DNA of 64,000 nucleotides from Vicugna vicugna (Eukaryota): contig MU058337.1 of NCBI GenBank assembly GCA_013265495.1, forward strand, positions 4,754,716-4,818,715. Direction: 5' to 3'. This document shows, piece after piece, positions 1 through 12,330 of this stretch. Below the pieces are notes generated by a model. The model saw only the letters and a program-made list of their open reading frames with translations. It was not told the origin of the DNA and did no database searches. Numbering within the stretch: position 1 is the first letter of the stretch; the number at the start of each line of letters is the position of its first letter. Made by a program: the position numbers and the translations under genes.

Positions 1-414
1 ATTAGGGTCTTATCTCCATCTGTCTACCTGGCCCTGCCTGGCCAATGTGCCTTTGTCCTTGTCATTACACCCAATCCCATATCCCTGCTCCCTCCGTCAA
101 TCAGATGAGAGGCTCCCTTCAAACACATGTCAAATCTAATCTCCTCCTGGAGCATGTCGTGCCCTCCTGACACCCACATGATGCTGCATCTTGAGTTTCT
201 GCGTTAGCGTTTCCCGGAGTGTGCTCTGCGGAACCCCAGGATGGAGAGACGCTCTCTGATGTAGTGCGTACCTTGGCATGAGTGTGCATATCTGTCTGCA
301 GTCTCTCTTTCACAGAGTTCCATCTGTAGTTGTGCAGCAAAAGCTTTAATAAGTGCTATGTACAGAGCTGTCTTTGACTTGCTTTATCTAATCCTCTCAG
401 ACTTAGTTGCCATC

Positions 415-954
415 TATATTAGTCCAGTCTCCATAGGGATAGAATCATTTAGCTAGCTAGCTAGCTATCTGTCTATCTATAGATACATGAGGAGACATTA
501 TGGGAGTTGGCTTAGGTGAATATGGAGGCTAAGAAATCCCGCCCTAAGCTGGAGAATGAGGAAAGCTGGTGGTATACTTCAGTCTGAGTCCAAAGATCTG
601 AGAACCAGGGAAGCCAATGATGTGGGACGGGGAGGGTGGTTGGGGTCGCTCTTGGTGTAAGTCCTGGAGTCTGTAAGGCCTGAGAACCAGCAACTCTGAT
701 GTCCAGGAGAAGAAGGATGTCCCAGTTCAAAAAGAGAGAATTGTCCCTCCCTCTGCCTTTCTGTTCTGTTCAAGGCCTCCAGTGGATTGGGTGATGCCCA
801 CACTGGTGAGGGCGGAAGGCTTTACTCAGTCTGCCAATTCAAATGCTAGTCTCTTCCAGGAGCACCCTCACAGGCTCACCGAGAGAGGATGTTTTATCTG
901 CTCTCTGGGCATTTCTTAGCCCAGTCAAGTTCACACATAAAATTAACAATCACA
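415..954 (-). mobile_element. ERVL solo LTR, MLT2-type (MLT2B/D-like)
   Basis: The right end ...agcccagtcaagttcacacataaaattaacaatcaca is the reverse complement of the MLT2 start TGTGATGGTTAATTTTATGTGTCAACTTGACTGGGCT. Internal motifs ctgagaaccagg and gatgtcccagttcaa are present; the left end is tatattagtc. Confidence 0.85.
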
Positions 955-1569
955 ATTTTTTTTAACATACTATCTATTAGTTGTTAAAGAACTAGTGTTT
1001 CTTAGAATCCACCATAGGAGACGTCATTTAATATCAATGAATGTTTCAAACATTTATCTGGGAATTAATTATTTTAATTAATGTCATGCTGCCTTAGACA
1101 TTTCTATTTTGACTAAATTACATTCTTTTAAGTGGTAAGATAATCCAAGCACAGCACCTAGCACATAGCCTGACACATAATAGGTTCTCGATAAATGTGA
1201 GCTATTCTTAGTAAAAAGCTGCAGTTTTCAGTATCTCCATGATCAATCTCCCACATCCCAATATACATAAGAGTGTGTGTGGGGGCAATGACACTGCAGC
1301 ACACTTGAGTATAAGACTTTAGAAAGTGACTGGACAGGAGGTAAATGGTAAAACTTTCATGTTCAATGTAGGGATTGTTGACACATTATCAATTATAGCC
1401 TTGGAGGCACTATGCTTGGGAAAACATTTAAATTCAGATTTATTAAATAAAGATTTTGCTAAAAATCACATAAATCCCCAGTATGGGTGAATTGCTGCAT
1501 TTTGGGCATTTGCCAAATTCTGAAGACTATACTGTGTGTGTGCACGGCAGCTCTTTAAAAACATGGCCG

Positions 1570-1696
1570 AGCAAACAGGATGGACTAAAACCTGAACACT
1601 TTTTTCCCTTAAAATTAACAAGAAAATAATAGCCTAGCATACAGGATGAACTAAAGCCTGCACGCTTTTTTTTCTGAAAATTAACAATAGAATAAT
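1570..1696 (+). repeat. Diverged tandem duplication, ~66-bp unit, two copies
   Basis: acaggatggactaaaacctgaacac...aaaattaacaagaaaataat starts at 1575; acaggatgaactaaagcctgcacgc...aaaattaacaatagaataat starts at 1641. Confidence 0.85.
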
Positions 1697-2049
1697 CTTT
1701 GGCTTCTGAAAGCTTTTCAGTAGGGCAAGTACCAGATTAACGAGAGAAAGGCAAATGAAGTGAAGTTAGACTTCTCTACTCCTTTTCAGCCTCTTTCTAA
1801 CCCCTCCCCTTCCAGGGAACCAGGCAGACCGGCCACCCTGGGCCCCATGGACTCTGGGCTCCTCTGCTGGAATATTTGCATTTTCAGAAGTTTAGATAGG
1901 TAGACCAATGATTAGTGCAAAAGAACGACACTTTGAATGATAATATTTTTGACATGTACAGGAGGGGTGGCTTTTAAAAGTTATCTGTTTGGTAATCTTT
2001 CACCTAAGTCCACGGTAGTGGTGTTTACCACCTGCTAAAGAATCATCTG

Positions 2050-2165
2050 TGTGTGAGTCTGTCTCCCTTTGTGCCACATAAGTTCCTTGAGAGTAGGCCC
2101 TGCCTGTTCATCTGCGTGTCACATCCCCTAAACGGTGTCTGGCACACAGACCCGCTGAGTAACTG
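2050..2165 (+). mobile_element. LINE-2 3' fragment
   Basis: gtctgtctccc...taagttccttgagagtagg...gtgtctggcacacag resembles the L2 3' end. Confidence 0.65.
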
Positions 2166-2869
2166 ACCTGCACTACAAGCATACACACCTGCGTATTCGT
2201 AAGGCCTGGCCCGCCTTCCCCACAAGTCCGTGAATCTTACCTGGTCAAACACAGGGTGGAAGAAAATGTGACCTGGAGTTCAGAAGACCCAAATTTGACT
2301 CCTGTCAGTTACTTCCTGGCTCATTTTGGGTCAGTTAACTGCTTCACTTTGAGTCTCTTTTCCCTGTCTGCTAGTAAAGGGTCTTGACTAGATAAGATAC
2401 TTTTCAGTACATATTTATCTAAGTATTTTCAGTAAGTATTTGTCTAAGCATGATCTAAAATAATTCAACAAAATACTTCACAGCCACTTCACATCACCCC
2501 GTAATTCGTTCCAGAGGTTTGCTAGTGGGCACTATTTATTTATCAACTCAGATTTGGTCAGCATCACTGGTAACTCTTTTGGTGTAGGAGTTTAAACCAC
2601 AACCCACTGACAGAAGCTAAAATGGAACCCAGGATTGATCATCCAGTTTCCATCAGTGCTTTGACTTTGTTCATTTCCCTCCTAGCTGCTGTTACTTTAT
2701 GTGATAGTCTTCTCTGCATTTTGTACAATGCATTTTCATTAATACTCTTCATGAATGAGTCAGATCATTAGGACTGCTTTGAAAAAATAATATTTCATTC
2801 TTTTTGTTTGAAGCTCATGCTTATGCTTGGTGGAGATGAACATGGGAGTCATTTGGAGGATTCTGGCTG

Positions 2870-3060
2870 TCTAAGCAGCATGTTGTGGTGGACAGAGCAG
2901 TGGCCTGGAGGGTGAGGGATTTAGAATTGGGTTCTGACGCTGTCACTGCATAGCTGTGCCGATGTAGATTATGTCACCTGGTTGGGCTCCATTTTCTCAC
3001 TTATGAAGAGCTTGGAAAGGAGTATTTTCTAGCTGCAGTACTCATTCCTCTATAATCCTG
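2870..3060 (+). mobile_element. MIR SINE
   Basis: gcagcatgttgtggtggacagagcagtggcctggag...ctgtcactgcatagctgtg...ttttctcacttatgaa follows the MIR 5' and core layout. Confidence 0.6.
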
Positions 3061-3964
3061 TTACAGAGGTGGTCTCCAAAGTACCTGTCGAATGAATTAG
3101 GGAATTAGTGAAATATTGCTGAATCTGGGTTCTCCAGCACACGTCAAATGTAAAAAAGGGACCATCTTTCTTAATGTGTTAACGATCAAATGCTGTTATC
3201 ATGCCAGGCTTAGGATTATGTTAGAACTAATATGACTTGGGTGCCTGTCACACAAAATGCCTTAGGAGCCACAAAAGTCAGTACTTACCTTCATTAGCTA
3301 ATTAATTCTTCAAGGCCCTACTAAGAGCTCCTAGAATCGATCTAAACTGCCATGTGCTGCATGCATGTACATTGCACACTACACTGTAAATGGGAGAATA
3401 AACCAGAACAAAACTCTTTTTTCCCCCATCAGCAGTGATAGTCAGCATGAAGTGACTTTGGACGAGCAACCAGGATAGAGAAGTTCCTGAGTAATTGAAT
3501 TCAGCCGTGTGCTTTGCTTATCAGAGTGCGAGGCTGATTGCTCTTTTCTGCCATACTCATTGTTTTTTTCCTTTGGCGTCTAAGTAGAACAATATTGAAA
3601 AAAAATAGGAATGATTTTGCAAGCATGTTTTCTGATTTGTTTCTTTTACTATAAATGGATTTCATATCTCTTGCACTCAAATAAAATGATGTTAATACAC
3701 TTCTCCAAACACTCTCCATTTTGGCAGCATTTCCTGTTCCAAAAATGTATGAGGGTAACTGAATAATTCTATTAATGTATCAGTAATTCCTGAGGTGGTC
3801 TGGGGCCTTATGTAGCTCTAGGGAGAAGATACATTACTTCAGCTGTTCATGAATACCAGGAAAACTACAGTAACTTTGGAGCATAAAGACGTTAGCAATT
3901 ATAATTGATCCATTGAAGGAAATTTCATATTTAGGATAGATGGGTCATATGATTTAACACATTT

Positions 3965-4450
3965 TCAAAATGAGAAATCAGAATGGCCAACTAAAATTGG
4001 CTTAAGTGTAATTAAGAAGGCTGAAGGCAGGGAAGTTGTAGAGTCGGTTAAGCCAGCAGTTCAGTGACACTCATCTAGGATCTACCTTTTCATCTTTCTG
4101 CTCTGCCACCACAGGTGGACTGACTTCTGTCCTCGTAATGGCAGGATGGTTGCAGCAGATTCAGATGTCACCTAACAATGTCCAGAAGCACACCCTTCCT
4201 TTTCACATAGCTCGCGGGCCAGCACTGGGTCTCATGCCCATTTCCTAACTCAGTCTCATTAGCAAGCACAAGCAATTATCATCATTGTTTTAACTTAATC
4301 AGTATTCACATAGTACCACTAGGGAGGGCTTGATCTCCTCCAGTGGCACGATTCATCCTCCTACCCACAATATCTTGAACAAAATTGAGGTTCTTTTAGA
4401 ATTGAAAAAAGGCAGATCATCGGTGTTGGTGACAAGATCATCTGTCATGC
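3965..4450 (-). mobile_element. Old MaLR LTR (MLT1J/K/L-like)
   Basis: Contains catctttctgctctgcca, caggatggttgcagcag, ctgggtctcatgcccatttcctaa and tgaacaaaattgaggttctttt, the reverse of MLT1J-L consensus blocks. Confidence 0.6.
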
Positions 4451-4792
4451 TTGTCAAATAGCATAGCAAAATCCAGGAAGGTTTATTTTGGAATTTTAGG
4501 CTCATATATGATTGGGGAATAACTTGGTAGTCACATATTTATTCTACTTGAAAAGTAGAAGATAGATGATAGAGGTTCATTGTTAAAATGACTTGACGTT
4601 TCTGATTTAGATCATATTTTTAGAATTCTTTTCCTTTTATGTTTGTGGGATGCTCATTCAGATGAAAATTGTTTGAAGTATATGCACTTTTGATGTTGGT
4701 TACTTAAGCTTTGAGTTGCATAATATCAAGAGTAGAGAACAAAATGTGACAGGTTGAGTATTGCACTGACTTACTGATGAATGCTGCACTTA

Positions 4793-5581
4793 TTTTTTTT
4801 TCCTGAACTTTTAAAATTGAAGTATAGTCAGTTGGCAATGTTGTGTTAATTTCTGGTGTATAGCATAATGTTTCAGTCATGCATATACTTACATATATTT
4901 GTTTTCATATTGTTTTCCTTTATAAGTTACTATAAGATATTGAATATAGTTCCCTGTGCTATACAGAATAAACTTGTTGTTTATTTATTTTATATATAGT
5001 AGTTAGTTAGTATCTGCAAATCTCAAACTCCCAATTTATCCTTCCCACCACTTTTCCCCCTTGATAACCATAAGTTTGTTTTCTATGTCAATGAGTCTGT
5101 TTTTGGTTTGTAAACAAGTTCATTTGTATCTTATATGAGTGATATCATATGGTATTTTTCTTCCTCTTTCTGACTTACTTCACTTAGTATGACGATCTCC
5201 AGGTCCATCCATGTTGCTGCAAATGGCACTATCTTATTCTTTTTCGTGGCTGAGTGGTATTCCATTATATAAATATACCACAACTTCTTCATCCAGTCAT
5301 CTGTCGATGGACATTTAGGTTGCTTCCATGTCTTAGCTATTGTATATAGTGCTGTTATGGACATTGGGATGCATGTATCTTTTTAAATTAGAGTTCCCTC
5401 TGGATATATGCCCAGGAGTGAGATTGCTGAATCGTATGTTAAGTCTATTTTAGTTTTTTTTTGAGGAATCTCTATACTATTTTCCATAATGGCTGCACAA
5501 AACTACATTCCCACCAACAGTGTAGGAGGGTTCCCTTTTCTCCACACCCTCTGCAGCATTTATCATTTGTGGGCTTTTTAA
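4793..5581 (-). mobile_element. 5'-truncated LINE-1 (ORF2 C-terminus, 3'UTR, poly-A) with 19-bp TSD
   Basis: ORF 5131-5364 (IAKTWKQPKCPSTDDW...PFAATWMDLE) is typical L1 3' sequence. A poly-T run starts at 4793. TSD: tgatgaatgctgcacttat (4775-4793) and tgatgaatgatgcacttat (5582-5600), one mismatch. Confidence 0.95.
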
Positions 5582-6224
5582 TGATGAATGATGCACTTAT
5601 GAATACGTGTGGCTTAGCTAGGGTGCTTAGCTGGGCAGAGAATAGTGGAAAGGGAAGTTGGTATCATTTCATGTTGACCATCAATGACCATAAAAGGCAA
5701 TATTTATAATCTCACCCAGGGGTTTTCAATTTCTGCTTCAAGAAATAATACAGTTCTAAGGAAATGCTTCAGAGATTCTGCTATCACTGTTTTTGAACTT
5801 ATTTCAAAGCATATCTTTAAAATTTATTTAAAACCATAGTAACTATCACACTACTGTGTAATATATACAGTTTTAACATATTGCAGACCATCAACTTATG
5901 CTGCCGGTTAAATTATTTTGGGGAGCAAACTTCTTAATAAATGACTCCAGATGTAACTGCATATAATTGATTTTTTTATAAACTGTGATTCATTACACAT
6001 ATGACCCTATAGTAGCTCACGCTTCTTAATTTAGGCTTGGGCATGCCATGTGTATAAAATGGTACAACTGCTAGTACAGTATATATATGCCTTGCTTAAT
6101 TGAATCCCAGTCAAGCTTAGGCAATTTATGCCATATCCTGTGCACATGCTACTGAATTACCATAATGTAGATGGCTATGTGCCCATTTAAGTTTTGGGTG
6201 CTTGTTTTTTTGTGTTTATGATGC

Positions 6225-6600
6225 TGTGTTAGTTTGCTGGGGCTTTTATAACAAAACAACGTAGACCTATCTTCATGAACAACAATTTATTTTCTATAGT
6301 TCTGGAAGCTAGGAGTCAAGATCAGGGTATCAACATGGTTGGGTTTTGGTGAGGACCCTCTTTCTGGCTTGCTTCTGACCGACTTCTCACTGTAAGCTCA
6401 TGTAGTGGGTTGAGAGAGAAAGAGAGGGAGAGCTCTCTGGTGTTTCTTCTTATTAGGGCACTAATCTCATCCTGAGAATCTCATCCTTATAACGCCACCT
6501 AACCCTGACTGCCTCCAAAAGGCCCTGGGATTTCATAACATTGGAGGTTAGGGCTTCCGCATATGAATTTTGGGGTGACACAAACATTTAATCCACAGCA
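6225..6600 (-). mobile_element. MaLR solo LTR, MLT1A-like
   Basis: TG...CA termini. The end gcatatgaattttggggtgacacaaacatttaatccacagca is the reverse of the MLT1A start. 5-bp TSD gatgc (6220-6224) / gatga (6601-6605). Confidence 0.9.
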
Positions 6601-7924
6601 GATGATAAAGAATTATACTAGATGATAGATATTGTAATGATTCAATTTTTAGAGAAAATTTTTCCTATCAGTCTTCTCAGAGACTCCTAGATTACCATAA
6701 TAGGAGAGTATTCTGTTCACAGGGCAAAACTGTTAAAAAACAATTATACTTTACAACTAGTTACTTGAATGATTCAGGAGTTTTCCAATTCTCCACAACT
6801 GATACAATATAAACACAAACTTCAGGACTAGAAAGAAGGAAGACTATAGTTTATTTTAAATTTTCTTATAAATGTTGACCTTATTCTCATTTACTTCAGA
6901 AATAGCAATCATAAGCATGTATATGCACATAATAAATTTATATTAACAGAATATTTTAACAATTTTATTTTTATTTATATGCTGGACTTCTACTTATGAT
7001 TTCTTTTGAATAAACAGTTTAATGCAGAACAATATATATCTTAATCTAATCAAGCGTTTTGGAAAGAAAATCATGGAGAATGATGACTACAGTAGAACTC
7101 ACCAGAGACTAAATTGTACCACAAGATCGGTGTGGATTATTTTGTTCCTTAATCATAAAATGCATGGTATTTACTGTTTTGGTTTTAGGATTTGAGGGAT
7201 TTCTCATGGTAAATTGGAACCACTCTATTTTGTAGAAAACTATGTGATTATAAACACTGGTATTTTACAGGACCTAGGTGATACCATGTGTCTGTTAACT
7301 CAGATACTCCAGGCGGAGGAGGTACAGATACCTTCCAGGCTAGGTACTCAAAGCTCTGGAAGGAACGGTGCTGCCCTGTTGGCTGCCCTCGCCTTGGGCA
7401 TTTCTGCTGTCTACCGGAAGTCCTCCCATCGCATTCTTCTCCTTGCTATGGCATTTGTTAGGGAAATTAGATACCAAGTCCTCCCTCCTCTTGTTTTTCT
7501 TGAACCACGCTAAACCCCACCAAGGCGTGGATCTCTGGACTCTACCACCACGTGAGATCCATTCCACTCAAAATAGAATTAGTTTTTGTCTTGCCTTTTT
7601 AGGGCAGAGATCTTAAACATGGTGTCTTTGGGGTTCAAAAATAGTTTTGAAGTCAGTATAACTATATCAAGTTAATAGAAGCCTGGGTTAAAGCTTGACT
7701 ATTTAAAGTTGATTCTCAAGTCCAGGCACTACTGGGCGTGTATAAACTTCTTTTGGTCTCTTCAGTTGGTTGGTTTCTTATAATATGCATGTGTAAAATG
7801 AAAAACAAGGGTGTTTTTTCCTGCAGGAGGGTGAATTGGTAAGATTTTAGTGTATGGTCATGATTAGTTTGAAAGTGTTTGCCATATCCCTCACTGTTTC
7901 TCTTGAAGGTTTTTTGACATTAAA

Positions 7925-7954
7925 TATAAATATATGTGGGTATATAGATATATA

Positions 7955-7986
<32 letters not shown>

Positions 7987-8115
7987 CACACACACATACA
8001 TATAGCTTACTAATATATATTAACACATTATATTTATATATAACACATTATTAACTATACACACACACACACACACCCAGACCCTGTAGGATATAGATTG
8101 TGTATATATATATAT
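7925..8115. repeat. Compound (TA)n/(TG)n/(CA)n microsatellite region
   Basis: Dinucleotide runs are directly visible. Confidence 0.95.
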
Positions 8116-9050
8116 GTAAGTGAGAAAGGCTATGTAGGAGAAGTGATAGTTCTTTTGTCACATGGAAGTAGTTTGCGCCCCACCCCCTATACCTCTGAAA
8201 ATCATTATATGAAAGAAACCCTATAGGACAAAGCGTTTGAAAGCATTTGGTGGAGGAAACTCCCCCCTGTGGCTCAGATTGGAGACAAGCTGTTTCTAAA
8301 AATGGGTATTTACTTAGTGCCATGTGGATGCCCATCAATGTGAGGATAAGTGGGCCCCTATGTCATGACTGCCACTTCCCGTGGGCCTGTCCAGGTTATG
8401 GGGATGAACCATGTGGAATTTTAAGTTGGCATCAGGAGGAAAGTGACAAAAATCTGAAGCAAGGAAGGAAACAGGATTTGAGTACAAGTAAACATTTTCA
8501 GGTGTCAGATTTGTTGCTTGTGGACTGGAACATTAAAAAATAATAAAAATATCATTTTTCAAAGGGCAACATTGGAAGGGACTAAGCTGAGCAATTCTAT
8601 GAAAATCTTTAACTCCTTGTTTATAACTTTTAAAGTTTGTGTTGTAGAGAAATTTCAGTAAAATGAAGGCAACCGATATGTACTTTGATATATTCTTGAT
8701 GCTACCTGTGAATTACCTTGAAATCTATCGGGGGAAATTAAGATGTGAAAGGCACAGAAACTGCTGGCTTGTTCCTTTTACCCAATTCACTGTGGCGCTT
8801 CCACTCTCATCACGCAGACAGGTCATCACGCGATCGCCTCACTACCCTTTCTCTACCTTAAAACCGTAACAGCAAACTTTGTTCTCAGTTTGTTTCATTT
8901 TTATTTCCAGGAGAATCATTGGTTCTAGAAAGGCCCCATTCCTTATAAAATACCTGAAAACAAATCAAGGGAGACGTCATACCTAACCATCATTATTAGT
9001 ATTTGTCAAACATCCAGGGTGACAAGAGTGTTTGCTTTTTTTCTGGAGAA

Positions 9051-9314
9051 GTTTTTTGTTTTGTTTTGTTTTGTTTTAGGACAAAATAGTTTTTTTTTTT
9101 AATTTTTTTAACATTTTTTATTGATTTATAATCATTTTACAATGTTGTGTCAAATTCCAGTGTTCAGCACAATTTTTCAGTCATACGTGGTCATATACAC
9201 ACACATTGTCACATTTTTTTTTCTGTGAGATAGACTGGGATTTCAAAATTGTAGAATAGATAAACAAGATTATACTGTATAGCACAGGGAAATATACACA
9301 AAACGTTATGGTAG
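9051..9314 (-). mobile_element. Short young camelid-type L1 3' end with 5' inversion
   Basis: 9090-9229 is co-oriented with the L1 3'UTR at 4810-4900. 9230-9314 contains ctgtatagcacaggg, the reverse complement of ccctgtgctatacag in that L1 (~4953). ctggagaa plus a T-run flanks both sides (9043, 9315). Confidence 0.85.
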
Positions 9315-9921
9315 CTGGAGAATTTTTTTTTTCTTTCTTTCTTTTTTTTAGGGAGTAAAACAGCTGTGGAAGATGGAGGTATTCTGCAGGCATGACTTAA
9401 GCACATTATTGTGTGAAGACAGCAATCAAATCATATCCTATTTTTACCCCAGTGCTATGTTTGCTAAGAAGAGATGCAGTGTATACCTGATATTTACAAG
9501 GTGTTAGAATCAGTTTTGAGAGGTGTATTGTGCTTGATGGTTTCAGGAGAGAATTATTCCCAAGGTTTGAAGTGTGGTTTAGGCAAATATGAATAGTTTT
9601 GCCAACCTGTGGCATTTTTACCATGTTGCTGGGGTAATATTTTTATGTTACCCTATTCTTTGATAGCCATTTAACTTCTGTAATTTTGTGTATGTCTAAA
9701 TTTTTATGAACTGTTGATATTTTTTATTCTCACATATGAATACTTTTCTGGAGAGAGAGGAAGAGAAAGGGGAGAGAACACTGCAAAATGGCCCATGGTT
9801 CAATGTTTTGATATTTCGTCTCAGATTTAAAGAAAACATGCAATATCTACATTCAGTCACTGTTCCAAATGTGTAATTTTGTCATTTTCAAGACTTTTTT
9901 TTTCCCCAGAAAGCCTTGTTT

Positions 9922-9937
9922 GTGCCCTCTAGTGGTA
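9922..9937 (-). promoter_or_regulatory. CTCF-binding motif
   Basis: The reverse complement TACCACTAGAGGGCAC matches the CTCF core CCASYAGRKGGC exactly; it lies in apparently unique sequence. Confidence 0.65.
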
Positions 9938-10449
9938 GACGCATACATTTTGCAATAAGGTAGAGAAAGCTGGCTTTTTTTCTTTCAGTGCATAATGATT
10001 CAGCACCTAAATAACTAAGTAATGATGCGGCCCCACACGCAGAGAAATAGCTCATGTGGTTGAGCTTGATAGATCTTCAAAAATGCATCAAAATTATGTA
10101 CCAGCAGAATAAATCCATCAGTTATCTAACTAGAGAAAATTCTTAAATCACAAAAGTATATTTCCTCATGATTTTTATGGTCCATTTGTCCAGCAGAAGC
10201 TGTGATTCTTTGAGGAAAAGTAAGCACGTTTTCCACAAATGCATTTTCCCTTTTTAGAATCCACTGTGTGAAAACGCGTCTAAACTGCTGCGTTAATCCG
10301 TAGCACGTTTCTTATTTTTGTATTGATGAGTAAAGAACTGCTTGTGAAAGGAACTGTCTTGTTTAATATGGCAAGAATTGACCCTGGTAGTAAATACTGA
10401 CGTAGAAGTTGGTCCTGGCCTCGTGGCTCTACTGGACTTCTACTGGAAT

Positions 10450-10925
10450 GAAGCCCAGTTCTTCTTCCTCCTCCTGAGACCGCTGCCTCCCTTTGAAACA
10501 TCCATTTTCTTACATGACCCAACTGGATTGGTCCAGGAATGGACTCCTTATCCAGACCAACTGGAATTCTCTCCTGGGGTTTTTGAAGCTAGAACTGAGA
10601 AAGAGAGGAAGTCTGTTTCTTGTATTGGAGGCCCTACAACATAGGGGAAATGTTGATGGCCATATTTACTGCTAGATTTTAGTAAGAGATGGTGAGTCAA
10701 AAATGGGGGGGGGGGTTGGTGACTTTTATGCTCCTGGTTTCTACTTTACGGAGATCCAACTGGCTGCCCTACCCATATGCCTGCATGTGGTTTTATTTTT
10801 CTGTTTTTTTTTATGTTGTTTAATCCATCCTTGGATTTTGTAATCCAGTAAATTCTTAGTTTTGCTGAGGTAAATTTGAGTTTAAGTTTAGTTTCTATTA
10901 CTTTTCAAGAAACTAATATAATACT
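10450..10925 (+). mobile_element. Old ERVL-type LTR (LTR16-like)
   Basis: catgacccaactggattggtccaggaatggac internally, and a 3' end cagtaaattc...ttttgctgaggtaaatttgagtt...gtttctattactt...actaata resembling LTR16 U5. Confidence 0.5.
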
Positions 10926-12124
10926 GCAGGGTATACTGTCAGTTTTTCTTCTCAAATTTTCTCATAACCCAACTTACTGAGAGAGAAATTAGAGGCAGAG
11001 TTTCTGTGGAAGTGGCAGAAAATTGTAACCACTTGCATGTTCATTATGGGGGTTTATCAACTCTAATTTCTACTCCTTCACCCTTAATTAGAAGCACTCT
11101 ATCTCTTCTTTAAATACCTAGGGTATTCCTACTTTTTCGCTCTCCCTTACCAAGATTATGTAATACTAAGTTATAAACACACTGGAATCCATTCATAGCA
11201 ATAAGTTATTTCTTCCAGGTAATTTTTCAGCCTTTTATTTTTAAAATTGTGGGATGATACTTTGTCTTCTTTTGGAGTAAGTAGAGGATGCAAAGTCTGG
11301 AAACCTTTTGGTGGATTGGGGGCACACTTCTTTTGCCTCTGAAATGATCCAACATGCAGCTTTGTGTCCAGTACATAGAACACTGATAAGTTTTGGTGAA
11401 ATATAGAGCAACATTTTTTGTGTATTATATGCCAGATGCTGGGTAATCATTTTATTTGTATTAATTCTTAATTTTTGCAACAACCTTTCAAGGCCTCAAT
11501 TCTTATTCCAATTATAAATGAGCAAAGTTGGAGAGTTTGCCCAGCCTTGTCTCCAAATATTTCTGCTCTGTCATAGTTTTCCCCTAAAGCACTAAATGTG
11601 GTTGAGTGATCAGTTTAGAGGGGTCCTGAGGAGTCTGACCTAAAGCTGCCACCATAAAGTTGAGGTTGCTTTAAGATGTGTATAAGAAAATTTCTGTGAA
11701 AATGTCACTCCACTAAGTTTAATACAAGACAGTTACAAAAGAATGAGACTATTATGCATATTAGATACTCTTGGAAGGTAAGCCATGCTTCCTGGTGGCT
11801 TGGTTCATAGCAGGCTATCAGGCTGAAAGGATGAATTAGTTCCAGCAGGGGCCAGCCCTGAGCACCAGCCCGCTGTAAAAAGCTTTGTGGGGCAGAAACT
11901 TCCCAGTCTTTCCTTATGCCCTCCCATAGCTAACGACTCTTCGGTGGTCTCACTCCTCTGCCACGTACCCTGTGACTCTGGTAATTGAGAGCCTATTCTG
12001 AGCTTCTCTCCTCCCGTCCTTCACTCAAACCCCCCTCCCCACCCCCAGCATCCCTTAACAATAATCAAGCCATCACCCCTGGAGCACAGCTCCTGGAACA
12101 CACAGGGACAGCTTCTCCGGATTA

Positions 12125-12330
12125 GCAATAATAACCTTACCATTTGCTGATTGCTTTATGAAGCATTTAACATACTTATTCTCTAATCTTCACATCAACT
12201 CCACAAGGCAGGTGCTCTTCCCATTTAATAGATGAGGGAACTGAGACTTAGATGAGTTACGAGCTCTCAAACTCCTCCAGTTTCCAATGTGAAGAACCGA
12301 GACTCACACTCAGGTCTGTCGATCACAGGG
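12125..12330 (-). mobile_element. MIR SINE
   Basis: cccatttaatagatgagggaactgagacttaga is the reverse MIR core. Confidence 0.8.

Noticed and set aside
7018..7129. Possible + strand exon encoding LMQNNIYLNLIKRFGKKIMENDDYSRTHQRLNCTTRS
   Set aside because: The frame is open, but the acceptor (gaataaacag) and donor (gtgtgg) are weak, and I do not recognise the peptide.
9998..10020. REST/RE1 site (ttcagcacc)
   Set aside because: Only the left half-site is present; the GGACAG half is missing.
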